A stretch of 64,000 nt of DNA from an uncultured Microthrixaceae bacterium. GTDB lineage: Bacteria > Actinomycetota > Acidimicrobiia > Acidimicrobiales > VFJN01. This document shows positions 61,709 through 64,000 of this stretch, piece after piece (the first letter of the stretch is position 1; each line of letters begins with the position of its first letter). The notes beneath the pieces were generated by a model. That model searched no databases. It saw only the letters and a program-made list of their open reading frames with translations, and was not told where the DNA came from. Location: the NCBI GenBank assembly GCA_963846555.1, contig CAWJWI010000004.1, forward strand, positions 1,534,142 to 1,598,141. The letters are read 5' to 3'. The translations under genes and the position numbers were made by a program.

Positions 61709-62943
61709 TCAGACGCGGGTGAGGGCCCCGAGGATGGCCTGCAGCTTGGCCTGGGTCTCGGCCAGCTCGGTGGGCGGGTCGGAGTCGGCGACGATGCCGT
61801 TCCCGGCGCACAGGCGGGCGGTCGACCCCTCGACGTCGGCGCAGCGGATGCTCACAGCCCACGTGCCGTTGCCACGAGCGTCCACCCATCCCACGGCGCC
61901 CGCGTAGCGGCCCCGGTCGAAGCCCTCGTGCTCGGCGATCCAGTCGTAGGCCAGGTCCCGGGGCCAGCCGTTGACGGCCGGCGTCGGGTGCAGCGCCGTG
62001 ACCAGCTCGAGGATCGACGGGGCGGGCTGGGAGAGTCGGCCCTCGACCAGCGTGGCCAGGTGCTGCACGTTGGCCACACCGACGACGGACGGCTCGGCCT
62101 CGTAGTCGAGGTAGGAGCACCACGGCAGGAGCGTGTCGTGGACCATGTCGATGGTGATCTGGTGCTCGTGCCGGTAGGTGGCAGAGGCGAGCAGCGCCGC
62201 ACCCAGGCGGGCATCGGTCGTCGGGTCGCCGCCGCGGGGCACGGTGCCGGCCATCGGCTGGGCCCTGACGACATCACCGCTGCGGCCGACGAGCAGCTCG
62301 GGACTGGCGCCGAGGAACCCGTCGACGTGGAACAGGAAGCAACCGGGATAGGCGGCCCGCAGCCGGCTCAGGATGGCGGCCCGGTCGAAGGGTCGGTCGG
62401 CGTCCACCACGAGCTCGCGCGCCAGCACCACCTTGCGCAGGCCCTCGGGCCCGGCCTCGCTCATGGCCTTCGTGGCTGAGGCGACGAGCTCGCACCACCA
62501 GTCCGCAGAACGAACCGGAGCCACCGACACGCGCCCGGGCGGGAGCGCATGCGCAGGTGGTGGGGCCACGCACAGGGCGGCCAGATCCGTGTCCGGCTGC
62601 GGCTCGGAAGCGGGCCTGATCGTGGTCACCCAGCGGGTGCCGTCCTCGGCCCGCCCCCATGCCACTTCGGGCACGACCAGAGGCGCGGTCGAGTCATGGC
62701 GGAAGGGGAGGGCCCCGAATGCCACCGGCCCGGTGCCCGGGACGCCCACCTCGTCGTCGACGGCCACGGCGGCCAGCACCGCGTCGGCCTCGGCCACCGT
62801 GGTGCGCAGCGCGCTCCCACGACCGGCCAGGCCGACGCGGCCGCGCTCGAGGAGCACGCCGTCGCGCGCCGGCCAGGGCGAGCAGATCGAGGTCGTGATC
62901 GACCCGCCGGGTGCGGGCGAGAGAGATCCGACGCCTCGGTCAC
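61709..62943 (-). CDS. menF: Isochorismate synthase (N-terminal indels)
   Basis: KVVLARE, GASPELL, PMAGT, HEH, NVQHLAT, LHPTPAV, DRGRYAG, GNGIVADS; GTGA overlap with the upstream methyltransferase. Confidence 0.85.
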
Positions 62944-63644
62944 ACGCGCGTCGCGGTCACGAGCTGGGCGATGCCCACCGAGAGAAGGCGCCGGTCGACG
63001 TCGGCGAAGCCGGCGCGATGCGAGCTGGCCCAGCATGACGGCGGGCTCGGGCAGGTAGGCGACCGACCTCGGCAGGTACCGGTAGGCGGCCGGGTCGGAC
63101 AGCAGGCCACCGACGAGGGGCACGACCTTGCCGAAGTAGATGCCGTGCCCGAAGCGCAGCAGGCGGTTCGGCGGCTCGGCCACCTCGAGCAGGGCGATCC
63201 GGCCGCCGGGTCGGACCACGCGCGCCAGCTCGGCGAAGAAGGGGGGCAGGCTGGCGAAGTTCCGCAGAGCGAACCCACACGTGACCGCGTCGGCCGAACC
63301 GTCGGGGAGCGGGCAGGCGCAGCGCGTCGCCTTGCAGCAGCGGGAGCGTCGGTGCGAGCGGCGGCCAGCATGCCGAAGGACAGGTCCACGCCGATCGGCC
63401 GCGCGCCCTGGGCCGCGAGCTCACGGCACAGGTCTCCGGTACCGCAGGCCAGGTCGACGACGACCGCGCCGGGCGTCAGACCAAGGGACCGGACGGTGCG
63501 GCGGCGCCACCTCACGTCCATCCGGAACGTCATGATGCGGTTCACGAGGTCGTAGCGGGGCGCGATGGCATCGAACATCCCTCGAACCGCGGCCACCTTC
63601 TCCTCGCCCTCGGGGAGGGTCTCGGGCATGGTGAAGCGGGCCAT
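62940..63644 (-). CDS. menG: Demethylmenaquinone methyltransferase (UbiE/MenG; apparent indels)
   Basis: VRGMFDAIAPRYDLVN, DLACGTGD, DLSFGML, YRYLPRS; TACCAT 7 nt before ATG 63644. Confidence 0.88.
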   Translation of the reverse strand: MARFTMPETLPEGEEKVAAVRGMFDAIAPRYDLVNRIMTFRMDVRWRRRTVRSLGLTPGAVVVDLACGTGDLCRELAAQGARPIGVDLSFGMLAAARTDAPAAARRRAAPARSPTVRPTRSRVGSLCGTSPACPPSSPSWRAWSDPAAGSPCSRWPSRRTACCASGTASTSARSCPSSVACCPTRPPTGTCRGRSPTCPSPPSCWASSHRAGFADVDRRLLSVGIAQLVTATRV

Positions 63645-63667
63645 CCACGGCATGGTAGGAACCGCCG

Positions 63668-64000
63668 GTGCCGAACCCCCAACCCTTGATCCTCCTCCCG
63701 CCTTCGGAGGGCAAGGCAGCTGGCGGGACCGGGCCACCGTGGGCCACGGGACGGACCGCGGACGCCGCCCTCGACGTGCACCGCCGGGCCGTGCTGCGGC
63801 AGGCGGCCCAGGCCGGGGCCGTGCGCCGGCGGGGACCCACACGGCCCGCCATGGAGCGCTACACCGGCGTGCTGTACCGAGAGCTCGCCTGGGCCACTCT
63901 CCCTGCAGCGGCCCGCCGACGCGGGGCCGACCAGGTCCGGATCGTGTCCGGCCTCTGGGGCCTCGTGGCCCCCGGGGACCCGATCCCGCGAGTACCGGCT
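63668..64000 (+). CDS. YaaA/DUF328 peroxide stress protein, 3'-truncated by the window edge
   Basis: LILLPPSEGK N-terminus and PAMERYTGVLY...IVSGLWGLV in-window, with an apparent indel between them. Confidence 0.75.
   Translation, partial: MPNPQPLILLPPSEGKAAGGTGPPWATGRTADAALDVHRRAVLRQAAQAGAVRRRGPTRPAMERYTGVLYRELAWATLPAAARRRGADQVRIVSGLWGLVAPGDPIPRVPA

Overview
A very GC-rich chromosomal segment (by eye above 70%) from an actinobacterium. Gene content and style suggest class Acidimicrobiia; this is an inference. It is mostly core genome. In order it holds dinB, DUF3040, a MoxR/DUF58/transglutaminase module, ROK kinase, acyl-CoA dehydrogenase, HNH nuclease and lipoate-ligase genes, then the dcw cluster (mraZ-rsmH-ftsL-ftsI-murE-mraY-murD-ftsW-murG-murC-murB-ftsQ-ftsZ-pgeF-yggS-sepF-yggT-divIVA, with no murF). 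After that come ileS, dksA-like, lspA, rluD-like, Rrf2, bpa, dnaE, an ECF sigma/anti-sigma pair, and a rearranged menaquinone cluster (menE, menA, menH, menD, menF, menG) interrupted by pyk and two acyl-CoA dehydrogenases. Many genes, including essential ones, are split by single-base indels, which I read as long-read consensus errors, so I report them as stitched CDSs. I found no rRNA, tRNA, CRISPR array, transposase or integrase. The most notable signals are: (1) a membrane-anchored protein right after divIVA with two internal helical repeats and a histone-H1-like tail; (2) a family of intergenic hairpins that differ in sequence but share a length of about 51 nt; (3) an ECF sigma factor with a probable autoregulatory promoter, whose partner carries an FtsX-like extracellular domain; (4) four DnaA-box-like 9-mers in the dnaE leader; (5) an mraW-RNA-like structure before rsmH; (6) 23-bp palindromes before ftsQ and ftsZ; (7) a type-2 IleRS with the swapped GxHH signature; (8) widespread leaderless promoter architecture. 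All family assignments come from motif recognition by eye; no database search was run.
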